From IMG/VR virus record IMGVR_UViG_3300046528_000200, positions 23,477 to 87,476 of that record: a stretch of 64,000 nucleotides of DNA. One strand, written 5' to 3'. The notes beneath the pieces were generated by a model that had not been told where the DNA came from, ran no database searches, and was given only the letters and a program-made list of their open reading frames with translations. Of this stretch, positions 52,502 through 61,696 are shown piece after piece (the first letter of the stretch is position 1; every line of letters starts with the position of its first letter). Source of the DNA: a virus (lineage: Duplodnaviria > Caudoviricetes). The position numbers and the translations under genes are program-made.

Positions 52502-54010
52502 ATGACAGTCATCGACCGGCAGAAACAGACCGCCACCGTAAGCAGTGCATCCGTCATCACACTGGGGGCAGCAATCAGCCCCTACCGCACCTGCGCGGCG
52601 GCTATTGCCGCTGGCGACGTCCCCAACGGCGCCACTGACATGGAGTTCTTTGTCGTCAATCCGGCGAACGGGGCGTTCGAGTCGGGCAAGTACACGGTCA
52701 ACCACAACGCCACCAGCGGCGTGACGACCCTCACGCAGACCGAGCGCACCGGCAGCTCGAACAACGGCTTGGCCGTCGCATTCGGCGGCGTGCCCTGCGA
52801 GGTGTTCAGCTGCATCTCCGCCAAGGTGCAGAATGGTACGCCGCTGGCCGACTTCCTGGCTGCCAACCTCGGCGCCGCAGTGAGCGCCTCGGACCTTGTG
52901 CTGATGGTGCAGGGTGGTCAGGTGGTCGGCGGTGCAGCAGGTGCCTTGGCCACGTTCATCATCGAGCAGTGGCGCCTGGCCAAAGAGACGACGATCGAGG
53001 TCACTTCGACCGCTGCAATCGTGCTGGACGCGTCATCCCAACAGAAAAAGACGTACTTCTGCACCACCACTCCGGACTCCATCAGCGGCCCTGCGGTCTA
53101 TGCCAGCGTGGGCGACGGCTTCAAATGCGAATACGTGAACGTGTCGGGCGCTCCAATCCCACTGCTGAACATGATTGTCCTGCCGTCCGGCGCGGCCATT
53201 CCAAACAAGTCGTCCTGCACGTTCAAGTCGGGCGGGGGCAAGCTCTACGCCGACTTGGGCACGGCCGCCGCCGCTGCTAGCGGAACTGCACCTGGCGCGG
53301 TAACCGGCCTGACTGCAGGCACCGCGACGGACGTCGCGCAGCCGCTCAGCTACGCCGCCCCGTCGACTGGCACCGCACCGTTTACCTACAAGATCGAGTA
53401 CAAGAAGTCCTCGGACTCCGGCTGGACCACCGCGAATGGCAACGTGTCGGGCACCAGCTATACCGTGACGGGCCTGACCGCGGCGACCAGCTACGACTAC
53501 CGCGTGACGCCGTCGGGTTCGGGCGGCTCCGGCCCTGCAGCCACGATCAACGGCAAGTTCACTGCGGCTGCATCGGGTGGCTCGGGTGGCGAGATCGCGC
53601 CGTTCACTATCAAGTCGCGTGACGATTTCCCGGCAATTGACATTTCCAACACCAGCGGCGGCTACTGGAGCATGGATGTTACCGAGCTGCAGGCCGGGGT
53701 AACCGTCGTGTCGATCGATGCGGCGATCTCGACCTCCCACGACATTCCGCCGACTCCATCGATCGCCTATGACTCGACGCCGGCCGGATCGCGCGTTGCC
53801 ATGCAAATCGCGGGCGGGCGCTGGGTCGCGTTCGGGCTGATCGCTGGCTATGCGGTCACCAACCTGACCAACTACTACTTCTGGCTGTTCCTGACCGATA
53901 GCAACGGCAAGGTCTGGACCTTCCGGCATCCGAACACGATCCAGCTGCAGACCGGCTACCCTGGAACGCCGACGACTGTCGGCTCTGCTGTCACGTTGGT
54001 GCAGGTATGA
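52502..54010 (+). CDS. Fibre-like protein with FN3 domain
   Basis: N-terminal DRQKQT..TL.AA...SSNNG anchor-like segment; FN3 APGAVTGL...YKIEY...VTGLTAATSYDYRV. Confidence 0.7.
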   Translation: MTVIDRQKQTATVSSASVITLGAAISPYRTCAAAIAAGDVPNGATDMEFFVVNPANGAFESGKYTVNHNATSGVTTLTQTERTGSSNNGLAVAFGGVPCEVFSCISAKVQNGTPLADFLAANLGAAVSASDLVLMVQGGQVVGGAAGALATFIIEQWRLAKETTIEVTSTAAIVLDASSQQKKTYFCTTTPDSISGPAVYASVGDGFKCEYVNVSGAPIPLLNMIVLPSGAAIPNKSSCTFKSGGGKLYADLGTAAAAASGTAPGAVTGLTAGTATDVAQPLSYAAPSTGTAPFTYKIEYKKSSDSGWTTANGNVSGTSYTVTGLTAATSYDYRVTPSGSGGSGPAATINGKFTAAASGGSGGEIAPFTIKSRDDFPAIDISNTSGGYWSMDVTELQAGVTVVSIDAAISTSHDIPPTPSIAYDSTPAGSRVAMQIAGGRWVAFGLIAGYAVTNLTNYYFWLFLTDSNGKVWTFRHPNTIQLQTGYPGTPTTVGSAVTLVQV

Positions 54011-56088
54011 GCCCCTACGTGACAGCGGGCGGCAAGCTGCTCACCCTCTCAGGCAAGTTGATCAGCCTGTTCCGGGATGTGGTGCAGCCGGGTTCAGTTA
54101 CGCCGCCCGGCCCGATGCCAACCGTAGGCATGTCCGGCTGGTGGGACGCTTCGACGCTGCCCTGGAATACGACCGTCAACACGCTGACCGACAAGAACGG
54201 CGGCGCCGTGTCGGCGAGCACCGGCGGCGCGACCGCCGTGCCGCGCCAAGCTGGCGTGCTGGGTGGCCTGTACCGCAAGGGTAGCCCTACGGCATACCCG
54301 TTTAATCTCAGCTACATGCTGCCGGTGATCCTCGACCACGCCGTGACGGCCAACGGGGTGACGGTCGGCGCGGGCGGCACCTTGACTGTGTTCTTGGCGT
54401 GGTCGCGCGCCAACCAGCGTCAGGTGGACGCGGTCTATAGTGCGGCGACGGTCCCGCTGCTCGATGTTGGCGGTACGACCGTGCTCAGCATGACCGGGCG
54501 CGGCGACGGAACCGATACGCTGACGCTGTTCCCGAACGGTACGCCGCAGACCGCCGGCACGCTGGAATTGCGCCATACGCACAGCGTGCGCGTGGTGTTC
54601 AGTGGTGCTACCGTCGACGTGTGGCTCGACGGTGCCAAGGTCATCAGCGGTGCCGCCAACCAGATTTCGCTCGGTGCCACGGCGCACCTGTCGTTCCTGA
54701 ACGCTGCGCAGTGCGTCTTCCACGAGGCTGCAGCGTGGTCGCATGCGCTGACGCCTTCCGAACACACCGCGCTGACCACCTACGCAGGCCGCTGGCCGCT
54801 CGGGCCGCGCCGCGCCATCAACGGCGTAATAGTCGGTCAAAGCAACCTCGCGTATTTCACGGGTGCCGCGTATGGCCAATTCATCACTGCCAATCGCATC
54901 GCCTATCTGACCGGAGCTATCTCCGCAAACCTGCTGGTCGCTATCGGCGATGGGCGGGGGCAGATTCCGGTCGGGTCGACCATCTACTCGGGTGAAGGTT
55001 TATACGATTTCGCAGGGTCGAACGCACTATTCCTGGATAGCCGGGCAGGTGGCGATCCAGCGAACTGGCCTCTCGGCACTAAGGGTAATGCGTTCATGAC
55101 CGCGCTCGACGGCATGACCGCAGACCAGCGCGCCAACCTGCGTTTCATTGCATGGTACTGGTCGGAAAGCGACAGCAGCCTGTTGTCGCCCGCAACCAAG
55201 GCGACGTACACCGCCGCGATGAGGCGCGCTTTCGCACTGATCCGGGGGCATCTTGGAGTCACCACGGCGGACAAGCTGCCCTTCATGGTCATCAACGCCA
55301 TGCCGTTCGGTGCGTTCACGGCAGGCTGCCAAACGCACCGAGAAGTGATGCAGGATCTGGTGAATGACGCCACGCAGAACGTGCACTTCATGCTTGCGCA
55401 GACGGACGACGCGATCGGCTACAGCAATGGCGAAACCTGGGACTCTGCTACTGGCATCGAGGGCGGACCCGGCGATGGCGCGCACCGCAGCATTGAGGAT
55501 CAGGCGATGTTTGCTCGACGCATGGCCATCCCGATTGCACGCGCTGCGCTCGCGGCCAATGCGGCGGCCGGCACCAGCGATCTCGTGACCACGCTTGACG
55601 ACAGCATCCCGCAGTTGGGAGGCCCGTCGATCGCGACCGCACACTACGAAGGAACCGCCTACGCGCCGACCGGCTCGCTGCTCGTCACCATAGCGCACGA
55701 CAAGGGTACCGACCTGATCGTGCCGCGACGTGCGGCGCAGGGTGTCGGCTGGACCCTGATGGACGGCGTGAGCGACACCGTGGCCGGTACGGTCGCCGCG
55801 CCGGGCGCGCTAATCACCGCCACGTCCTGCGCCAAAGTGGATGCTTCGCACCTTCGCGTAATTCTTGCAAGCCTGCCGTCGCATCCCACTAAGGGTCTGC
55901 TGTATTTCGTCTACGGCTCGGGCCTGGACGCCAACAGCTACGCGGTCGTAGGTCGCGGCAACGCGGTGACCGACAATTTTGCGTCCATCACGCTGGCCGA
56001 CGGCTGGCGCATCGGCTCGGACCTGGGATCCGATGAACAACCGAACAACCCGCTGCAGGCGACCACGTACGGCGTGGCGTTGACTTAA
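54007..56088 (+). CDS. LamG-like domain plus SGNH (SASA/CE6-like) carbohydrate esterase
   Basis: GQSN (54835-54846), WYWSESD (from 55153) and DGAH (55474-55485); N-terminal WWDAS...FHEAAAWSHAL lectin-like part. Confidence 0.75.
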   Translation: MSPYVTAGGKLLTLSGKLISLFRDVVQPGSVTPPGPMPTVGMSGWWDASTLPWNTTVNTLTDKNGGAVSASTGGATAVPRQAGVLGGLYRKGSPTAYPFNLSYMLPVILDHAVTANGVTVGAGGTLTVFLAWSRANQRQVDAVYSAATVPLLDVGGTTVLSMTGRGDGTDTLTLFPNGTPQTAGTLELRHTHSVRVVFSGATVDVWLDGAKVISGAANQISLGATAHLSFLNAAQCVFHEAAAWSHALTPSEHTALTTYAGRWPLGPRRAINGVIVGQSNLAYFTGAAYGQFITANRIAYLTGAISANLLVAIGDGRGQIPVGSTIYSGEGLYDFAGSNALFLDSRAGGDPANWPLGTKGNAFMTALDGMTADQRANLRFIAWYWSESDSSLLSPATKATYTAAMRRAFALIRGHLGVTTADKLPFMVINAMPFGAFTAGCQTHREVMQDLVNDATQNVHFMLAQTDDAIGYSNGETWDSATGIEGGPGDGAHRSIEDQAMFARRMAIPIARAALAANAAAGTSDLVTTLDDSIPQLGGPSIATAHYEGTAYAPTGSLLVTIAHDKGTDLIVPRRAAQGVGWTLMDGVSDTVAGTVAAPGALITATSCAKVDASHLRVILASLPSHPTKGLLYFVYGSGLDANSYAVVGRGNAVTDNFASITLADGWRIGSDLGSDEQPNNPLQATTYGVALT

Positions 56089-56096
56089 GGATTTAT

Positions 56097-56435
56097 ATGG
56101 CCGGCTTTTATCCAAGTGGTGGTGCGCCGAGCGGCGCCGGCGGAACTGACGCACCGGCGGCATCGGGCGGCAGCGCGCCGGGCGCGACCTTGTCGAGTGT
56201 GACGACGCTTGCCCGCGGCGCCGCCACTGGCGGCTCAACGGCCACGAGCGGCAGCGCACCTGGTGCAAACCTTTCCGGCACGCCGCGGCTGACGCCCGGC
56301 ACCGCCTCGACCGCAACCTACCACCCTGTCCCGGCCGGCGTCGCTGCAAACGTGCCGACCGCCCGTCGTGTCGTATTCCCCGGAGGGACCAAGGTCGTGA
56401 CCTTCCCCGGCGGGACCAAAACTGTGAGATTCTAA
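56097..56435 (+). CDS. Short Gly/Ser/Ala/Pro-rich linker/mini-fibre protein
   Basis: Low-complexity body ending in a repeated RRVVFPGGTKVVTFPGGTKTVRF. Confidence 0.6.
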   Translation: MAGFYPSGGAPSGAGGTDAPAASGGSAPGATLSSVTTLARGAATGGSTATSGSAPGANLSGTPRLTPGTASTATYHPVPAGVAANVPTARRVVFPGGTKVVTFPGGTKTVRF

Positions 56436-56753
56436 ATGGCAAACGCAACCGCACCTTACGACGGCCCGAAGGGCAAAACGATCGACGTCGATCCGGACGA
56501 CATCAACTACATCGTCTGGGACGTCACCAAGGACCTGTCCGATCGTGGCACCACCGCGGCCAGCGTCGTGATGGCGCCGGGCGGCGCCATCACCGTCTCG
56601 CAGGGACCGACCATCCAGGGCACCGTTGTCGTCGCAATGCTCCAGATGGACGTATCCGTACCGCTGGTATCGCACTACGGCACCGTGCGCGTCACCTGCG
56701 CCGACGGCCAGCGCTTCGACCGCACGATCTACTTCAACCTGGAGGATCATTGA
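56436..56753 (+). CDS. Fibre-tail adaptor-like protein
   Basis: DPDDINYIVWD...VTCADGQRFDRTI pattern of small phage adaptor proteins. Confidence 0.6.
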   Translation: MANATAPYDGPKGKTIDVDPDDINYIVWDVTKDLSDRGTTAASVVMAPGGAITVSQGPTIQGTVVVAMLQMDVSVPLVSHYGTVRVTCADGQRFDRTIYFNLEDH

Positions 56754-56914
56754 TGACTCCCGAAGTCACCACCGACGTCACCGCGCTGCTGGTGGCGTCC
56801 CAGCGCGCACAGGCCGGGGCCGAGCAGCGCGAAGCGGAAGCTGCGGCCGCCGAGGCACCGCGGCCTGCCGCGCCAGCGGTGCCCACGCCGGTGTTCATCA
56901 AGGTTCGGCCCTAG
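56753..56914 (+). CDS. 53-aa hypothetical protein (not in the ORF track)
   Basis: SD GGAGGA, TGATG coupling; MTPEVTTDVTALLVAS...; last gene of the cassette. Confidence 0.5.
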   Translation: MTPEVTTDVTALLVASQRAQAGAEQREAEAAAAEAPRPAAPAVPTPVFIKVRP

Positions 56915-57572
56915 CCTCGACGAGCTTGATAACGGTGCGCCGGCGCGCGCCGTGCGCCTCGAACGCCACGATTGCGTGGCGTTCGGCGTTCGAACACAGC
57001 TTGCAGACTGCGCAGGTCATATGCTCCATCGTCTGCGCAGGACAAAGCGTGACCTTGCGCCCTTCCGGCGTCTTCCCTTCGCGCCAGCCCGGCGGCACCA
57101 CGACCACCAGCGGCAGCCCAAGTGGCGCCAGCTGGTCGGCGTCGGCCAGCGAGTCGGCGCTCATGTTGATCGTGAAGCCGTGCATGTTGGCGTGCCGCAG
57201 CGCCTTGAGATTCTCCTTCGACGGCGGATAGTGGGTATAGGTGAAGCCGCGCCGGCCCTGATTGGCCTCCACCAGCTGGCGCAACTTGGCGGCGTCGATA
57301 ACGTCATCCTGCCCGGCAAGGTCTCCGGCCTGGTTGTGGCGCCACAGCTGGCCCTTCTTCATGCGCGAGACCTCGTCGATGAAGTCGTCCCAGGAGAGAC
57401 CCTTGCCGGCCGTGACCTTGTCCCAGTGCAGCGACAGCGGGAAGTTCTCGGCGTAGCAGCCAGCGCCCTTAAAAGAACAGGTCGACGGACACGTCGACCT
57501 GCTGGATGTGGTGACCGGGATCGGCCCGGTCTTGGTGTTCCCCGATTCCCGGGTCAGGTGGATGGTCGTCAC
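56898..57572 (-). CDS. Cys-rich gp88-like/DUF7227-like putative Fe-S protein
   Basis: NTKTG...CPSTC....GCYA, RHNQAGD, FTYTH and CPAQ...CAVCKLC motifs. Confidence 0.65.
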   Translation of the reverse strand: MTTIHLTRESGNTKTGPIPVTTSSRSTCPSTCSFKGAGCYAENFPLSLHWDKVTAGKGLSWDDFIDEVSRMKKGQLWRHNQAGDLAGQDDVIDAAKLRQLVEANQGRRGFTYTHYPPSKENLKALRHANMHGFTINMSADSLADADQLAPLGLPLVVVVPPGWREGKTPEGRKVTLCPAQTMEHMTCAVCKLCSNAERHAIVAFEAHGARRRTVIKLVEARAEP

Positions 57573-57970
57573 GGAATCTCCTTGATCATCTCGTCCAGGT
57601 CCGGCATATCTGGGTCACCCCAACACTCCACCATCATGCGCGCCAGCTGCTCGCGGCGGCCGACGAAGGCCCACTCGTAGGGCGCCTTCTCGCGCTCGGT
57701 GATGATGACGCCATAGTCACGGGCGATCTGGTCTTCGAACTCGGCGTCAACGCAGAACGCCTCGATGCGCAGCACGCACATGCCGGCGATCGGCTGTACG
57801 CTTGCCGCCAGCATGGTGCCGGAGTAGATGGCGTTCTCGTGGCCGATGCGCGCGTCGACGAGCGCCAGTCCCAGCGCGCGGTCCGGGCTCGAGGCCTGGA
57901 CGTCGACGTGGAAGACGCCATCGGTGAAAACAATGATGGCGCGGTAGCGCGGGTGGTTTGGGTCAGGCAT
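57569..57970 (-). CDS. Hypothetical protein
   Basis: Coupled to both neighbours. Confidence 0.6.
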   Translation of the reverse strand: MPDPNHPRYRAIIVFTDGVFHVDVQASSPDRALGLALVDARIGHENAIYSGTMLAASVQPIAGMCVLRIEAFCVDAEFEDQIARDYGVIITEREKAPYEWAFVGRREQLARMMVECWGDPDMPDLDEMIKEIP

Positions 57971-58623
57971 TATTTGCTCCAGGGCGGTGTGGTTTCATCA
58001 GCTGGCGGCGGCCAGCCGCTGCGATCAAACAGATCTTCGATCTGTTCTTCCTCGGTCGGCAGCGTCACCAGCACCGGCTCGCCCTCGGCCAGCGCCAGAT
58101 TCGGCAGCGTGCCGGGCGTGCGCATCCGGCGCCAGTTCGTCTCGCGGATGCCGATCTTCTCCATCAGCGAAGCGTGGCCGGCCTGCTGGTTGCAGACGCG
58201 ATGCGCCAGCGCCATGTTGGCTATGTGGTCCGGGCCGCCGTGCGTAACGGCGACCAGATGCTCGGGCGACTCTTCCTCGATCGCCACCGGCAGATGGCAG
58301 TAGAAGCAGGCATCGCCGTCGCGGTCGCGCAGCGCCTGACAGACCACGCTGGAACGCAGCTGGCGCTCGGTCTTGGGCACGCCACGCCAGCTGCTCTTGT
58401 TGCTGACGTGGGCCAGATAGGCTTCGCCTGCCTGGTTCATCCAGGTCAGCTGGCCGCGCTTGTTGGAGTAGACGATCGACGTGCCCTTCTCGGTGCGAAA
58501 GCGCAGCATCTCCCACTCGTTGGTGGGCGTGAGCACCTCGGCGCCGCGCGCGGTCAGCCAGGCCGTGAACAGCTCGAGCCGGCGCCCTAGGAACTGCTTG
58601 CGGGTGAGGGTGGGTGTAGCCAT
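57970..58623 (-). CDS. HNH endonuclease-domain protein
   Basis: Start ATG 58623; CFYC...EHLVAVTHGG.DHIANMALAHRVCN. Confidence 0.8.
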   Translation of the reverse strand: MATPTLTRKQFLGRRLELFTAWLTARGAEVLTPTNEWEMLRFRTEKGTSIVYSNKRGQLTWMNQAGEAYLAHVSNKSSWRGVPKTERQLRSSVVCQALRDRDGDACFYCHLPVAIEEESPEHLVAVTHGGPDHIANMALAHRVCNQQAGHASLMEKIGIRETNWRRMRTPGTLPNLALAEGEPVLVTLPTEEEQIEDLFDRSGWPPPADETTPPWSK

Positions 58624-58940
58624 TATTTCTGCTCCAGCACGCGGCGCAGCTGCGCCTCCCAGTCCTTGAACGGCACGGTGCCGTTGGCATCGAAGCTGAC
58701 CATGCCGCTGTCGTCGCGGCAGCCGGTGACGATCACACGGCCGTTCAGCACCTCGCCGATCGCGACCTCTAGCTCCTCGATGCGCTGGGCCATGGCGAGA
58801 GTCACGCCGACGTGTCGCAAGATGTCGACCGCCGGCCACGCCTCACCATGCCGCAGAAAGCGCAGCGAGCCATTGTCGTTGAAGACGGTGTACTTGCCGC
58901 CGTCGAGGGAAATCGTGTACATGTCAATTCTCCTGCTCAT
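58623..58940 (-). CDS. Hypothetical protein
   Basis: TAATG coupling; 105 aa. Confidence 0.65.
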   Translation of the reverse strand: MSRRIDMYTISLDGGKYTVFNDNGSLRFLRHGEAWPAVDILRHVGVTLAMAQRIEELEVAIGEVLNGRVIVTGCRDDSGMVSFDANGTVPFKDWEAQLRRVLEQK

Positions 58941-59265
58941 AGCGAGCCTTGGCTCGCATGGGGTAAATGTAGGATCGAAGGCGCTTCAGCCGGCCTTCGA
59001 TTTCAGCTATCTCATCAGCGCGCCGGCCAAGCTCCAGCAGCTCCTGTCGATGCCGGGCCTGCACGACGCGACGCTCGGCGCGCAGGCAGTCTGCAAGTTC
59101 GCGCTGGTACTCGATGTGCTGGTTAAGGATCTCGAGCTCCTGCTCGATCTGGGCGAGCGTCATCGGCTCCTGCAGCTCGGCTTCCGAGATCACCGACTCC
59201 TCGGGTTTCTCAGGCGGGGCCTTGTCGAGGGCGAGGAACACCGGCACCTCAATCGGAGGCTTCAT
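58924..59265 (-). CDS. Coiled-coil hypothetical protein
   Basis: ATG 59265; heptad-rich. Confidence 0.6.
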   Translation of the reverse strand: MKPPIEVPVFLALDKAPPEKPEESVISEAELQEPMTLAQIEQELEILNQHIEYQRELADCLRAERRVVQARHRQELLELGRRADEIAEIEGRLKRLRSYIYPMRAKARYEQEN

Positions 59266-59755
59266 GTCCCTTACTCTTCGCCGGATTGGCATCATAGTCG
59301 CCCGGGCGCTGGACACGCATGCGCTTGTCGGTCTCGCGGCAGACCCGGACGAAGTCGCGGTGCGGCAGCGCCTGCAGCACCTCGTCGTAAGCCAGCAGCA
59401 GATTCTCCATGATGGCCACCTCGGCGCCGACCAGGCGCAGCGGCACGCCGTGCTTGGCGGCGTGCTGGCTGGCGCTATACAGCACCGCCTTGGCATGCTC
59501 CAGCAGGCCGTCCTCGTCCTTGACCAGACCGAAGGTGAGCATGGTCTGGAAGAGGTTGCCGACCGTCGTCAGCACTTTCCAGTTCTGCCGCGTCGGCACA
59601 GCGCCGTAAGCAAGGTTCGCAAGGTGGGACTGCGCGGCGCGCATCTCGTCTTCGCGCTTCGCTGCCGGCATCGGATGCTCGGGTGAGGCGCGGATCTCGT
59701 CGAGCAGGGAAAAGGCGAAGTCGCCGTCGGGGGCTTTGCGGCGTCGGGTGCTCAT
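59249..59755 (-). CDS. Hypothetical protein
   Basis: ATGA-coupled; 168 aa. Confidence 0.65.
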   Translation of the reverse strand: MSTRRRKAPDGDFAFSLLDEIRASPEHPMPAAKREDEMRAAQSHLANLAYGAVPTRQNWKVLTTVGNLFQTMLTFGLVKDEDGLLEHAKAVLYSASQHAAKHGVPLRLVGAEVAIMENLLLAYDEVLQALPHRDFVRVCRETDKRMRVQRPGDYDANPAKSKGHEASD

Positions 59756-60396
59756 GCTGGCACCTCGGCCGGCATCTCTCCTTGCAGCGCCTCGTAAGCC
59801 GCGTCATCGCCGACGTGACCCCACAGCGTGGTGCAGTCCTGCTGCTCGCCGGCGAGATCGTAGGTGACGATCACCAGACCATAGCACTGGCCATTGCACC
59901 AGGCGGTGTACTCCGCGGCAGCCATCTCGGCACACCTGGCCGCCCAGCGCCAGTCCGCGTCACCGCCCGGCGCGTCTTTCAACAGCGCCTTGCTCGGCAC
60001 CCAGACAGCGCCAGCGCGTGCAGTATCGAATCGGCACTGCGTGCCGGCGCCCTGCAGGCTGTAGGAAACCCCGCCGTGCTCGTAGACATCCAGCAGCACG
60101 GCATGCGGGTTGCGCTCACCGCCCTCATAGCGGCCCAGCGCCAGCGCCTCTTCGTACTGCCGCAGGGTCGGGCCGTTGCGGCGCGCCTCGTAAATGTGGC
60201 CGGCGTACTCGTCATTTTCCAGCGGATTTTCACAGCTGTCGTCATGCGCCAGATAGCCAAGTGTGATCTGATCGCCGGCGACCCGGATGACCGGCTCCTT
60301 GTAATCCATGACACTGTCGGGATTGAAGGGCAACTCGACCTCGATGTTGGTGCCGGGGATGATGTAGGTGGTACGGCTGTGGGTATGGGTTTTCAT
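59752..60396 (-). CDS. Conserved hypothetical protein
   Basis: ATG 60396; LDVYEHGG..YSL...FDT..AGAVW...Y..WCNG..YG motif. Confidence 0.7.
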   Translation of the reverse strand: MKTHTHSRTTYIIPGTNIEVELPFNPDSVMDYKEPVIRVAGDQITLGYLAHDDSCENPLENDEYAGHIYEARRNGPTLRQYEEALALGRYEGGERNPHAVLLDVYEHGGVSYSLQGAGTQCRFDTARAGAVWVPSKALLKDAPGGDADWRWAARCAEMAAAEYTAWCNGQCYGLVIVTYDLAGEQQDCTTLWGHVGDDAAYEALQGEMPAEVPA

Positions 60397-60397
60397 T

Positions 60398-60625
60398 TCA
60401 TTTCTCCGGAGGGATTTGAGTGATGATCGCATCGCGTGTCACGACCTTGAGATACAGCGCGCCGCAGTGCGGGCAGATAGTCGGCGTGTCCCAGACGACG
60501 TCGTCATCAGTCGGCGCCGTCGTCTCGGTCTCCACGCCGCAGCAGACTGGCCTGTACGTCAGAATGTGGGCGCCGTGGGCGCGCACCCGCGCCATGTAGT
60601 CGAGGTGCCGCTGCAGGAGGCTCAC
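60398..60625 (-). CDS. Small Zn-ribbon protein
   Basis: CCG...CPHCG. Confidence 0.6.
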   Translation of the reverse strand: MSLLQRHLDYMARVRAHGAHILTYRPVCCGVETETTAPTDDDVVWDTPTICPHCGALYLKVVTRDAIITQIPPEK

Positions 60626-60936
60626 TTCGCGCTCCCGTTCTCGATCGCCAGCAGCTGCTGGGCCTTCGCTTCCAGCCGGCCCGCTTTGGCCGAAGCCTCG
60701 GCCCGCAGCTTCTTCGCCTCGATGCGCAGCGCCACCACAGCGTTGCCGATGATCTGGTCAGGGCTTAGCAGGTCGGCCTCGAGTTCGACCTTGCCGACAT
60801 TGACATAGCCCATGCTGCTCATGTCGCACTGAGTGAAGGAGAGGTGCGGGATCAGCTTCTCGATGCTGTCCAGATCCTTCAGGTTGACGTAATCAAGAGT
60901 GCCGGAGGAAAGGGAGGCTATCAGGGTGACTTTCAT
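60622..60936 (-). CDS. Hypothetical protein
   Basis: Coupled ORF with C-terminal coiled coil. Confidence 0.65.
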   Translation of the reverse strand: MKVTLIASLSSGTLDYVNLKDLDSIEKLIPHLSFTQCDMSSMGYVNVGKVELEADLLSPDQIIGNAVVALRIEAKKLRAEASAKAGRLEAKAQQLLAIENGSAK

Positions 60937-61172
60937 TTTGGGTCCTTGGGTGTGCGATAGTGGAAGTTGCGGCCGTCGAACAGCACCATCACAAGCAGCC
61001 CGTCCTTGGCCATGCGACGAGTCAGCTTGCGCAGCTTGTCATGGCCCCAGCGATACTTGTGGACGGTGAGATTGCGCTGGCTTGCGATGAGCAGGATCTC
61101 TGCCCGGGTCAGGTCACCTTCTCGGTGACGGCGGCGAACGACGGACGCCGCGGTGTCCGGAATAGCGACCAT
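60933..61172 (-). CDS. Basic hypothetical protein (possible wHTH)
   Basis: Coupled ORF, Arg/Lys-rich. Confidence 0.6.
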   Translation of the reverse strand: MVAIPDTAASVVRRRHREGDLTRAEILLIASQRNLTVHKYRWGHDKLRKLTRRMAKDGLLVMVLFDGRNFHYRTPKDPK

Positions 61173-61696
61173 CAGACCTCCCGGCCGCCGGCTTCGACCA
61201 TCGCAATGGCTTTATCGATCGTGGCCTCGGCCAGCGCCTGGTCGGGCTCAGCGTCGCGGGGCGTCTCGGCATGCAGCTGCTCCATGGCTTTGTTTTCCGG
61301 GCCGCTGTCGTTGAAGGCGCAGGCCATCATGAAGCGCCAGCGCTTGGCCTGCTGCAGGGTGTCGGCCGGTGACAGCGTGTGCAGCGTCGAGCCGCCCACC
61401 CAGCGGATAAAGTCCGGATGCTTGCCGTGACTCTCGATCTCACGTGCGCCGATAGCCAGGACCAGCACACGCTTGTCCGGGTTGGCCGACGACCAGTGCT
61501 CTCCGACGCGCCACTCGTCGCCGGCACGCGCCAGATCCACAGGCGCCGGCAGCCGCGCCAGCAGTTCTTCGCAGGTGGTGTGGACCAGCTGCCGGGTTTG
61601 ATAGTCGACTCCCAATACGGCTCCGCTGATCAAGGTGTCGACCACGCGGTCGGGCAGGCGCGGCACATTGCCGGGGCCGTTATTGTAAGTGCTCAT
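61172..61696 (-). CDS. Hypothetical protein
   Basis: ATG 61696 with SD GGAG. Confidence 0.6.
   Translation of the reverse strand: MSTYNNGPGNVPRLPDRVVDTLISGAVLGVDYQTRQLVHTTCEELLARLPAPVDLARAGDEWRVGEHWSSANPDKRVLVLAIGAREIESHGKHPDFIRWVGGSTLHTLSPADTLQQAKRWRFMMACAFNDSGPENKAMEQLHAETPRDAEPDQALAEATIDKAIAMVEAGGREV

Noticed and set aside
52066-56914. Invertible segment or transposon explanation for the reversed cassette
   Set aside because: No flanking inverted repeats or target duplications noticed, and no invertase/transposase in the window. A repeat search is needed to exclude it fully.
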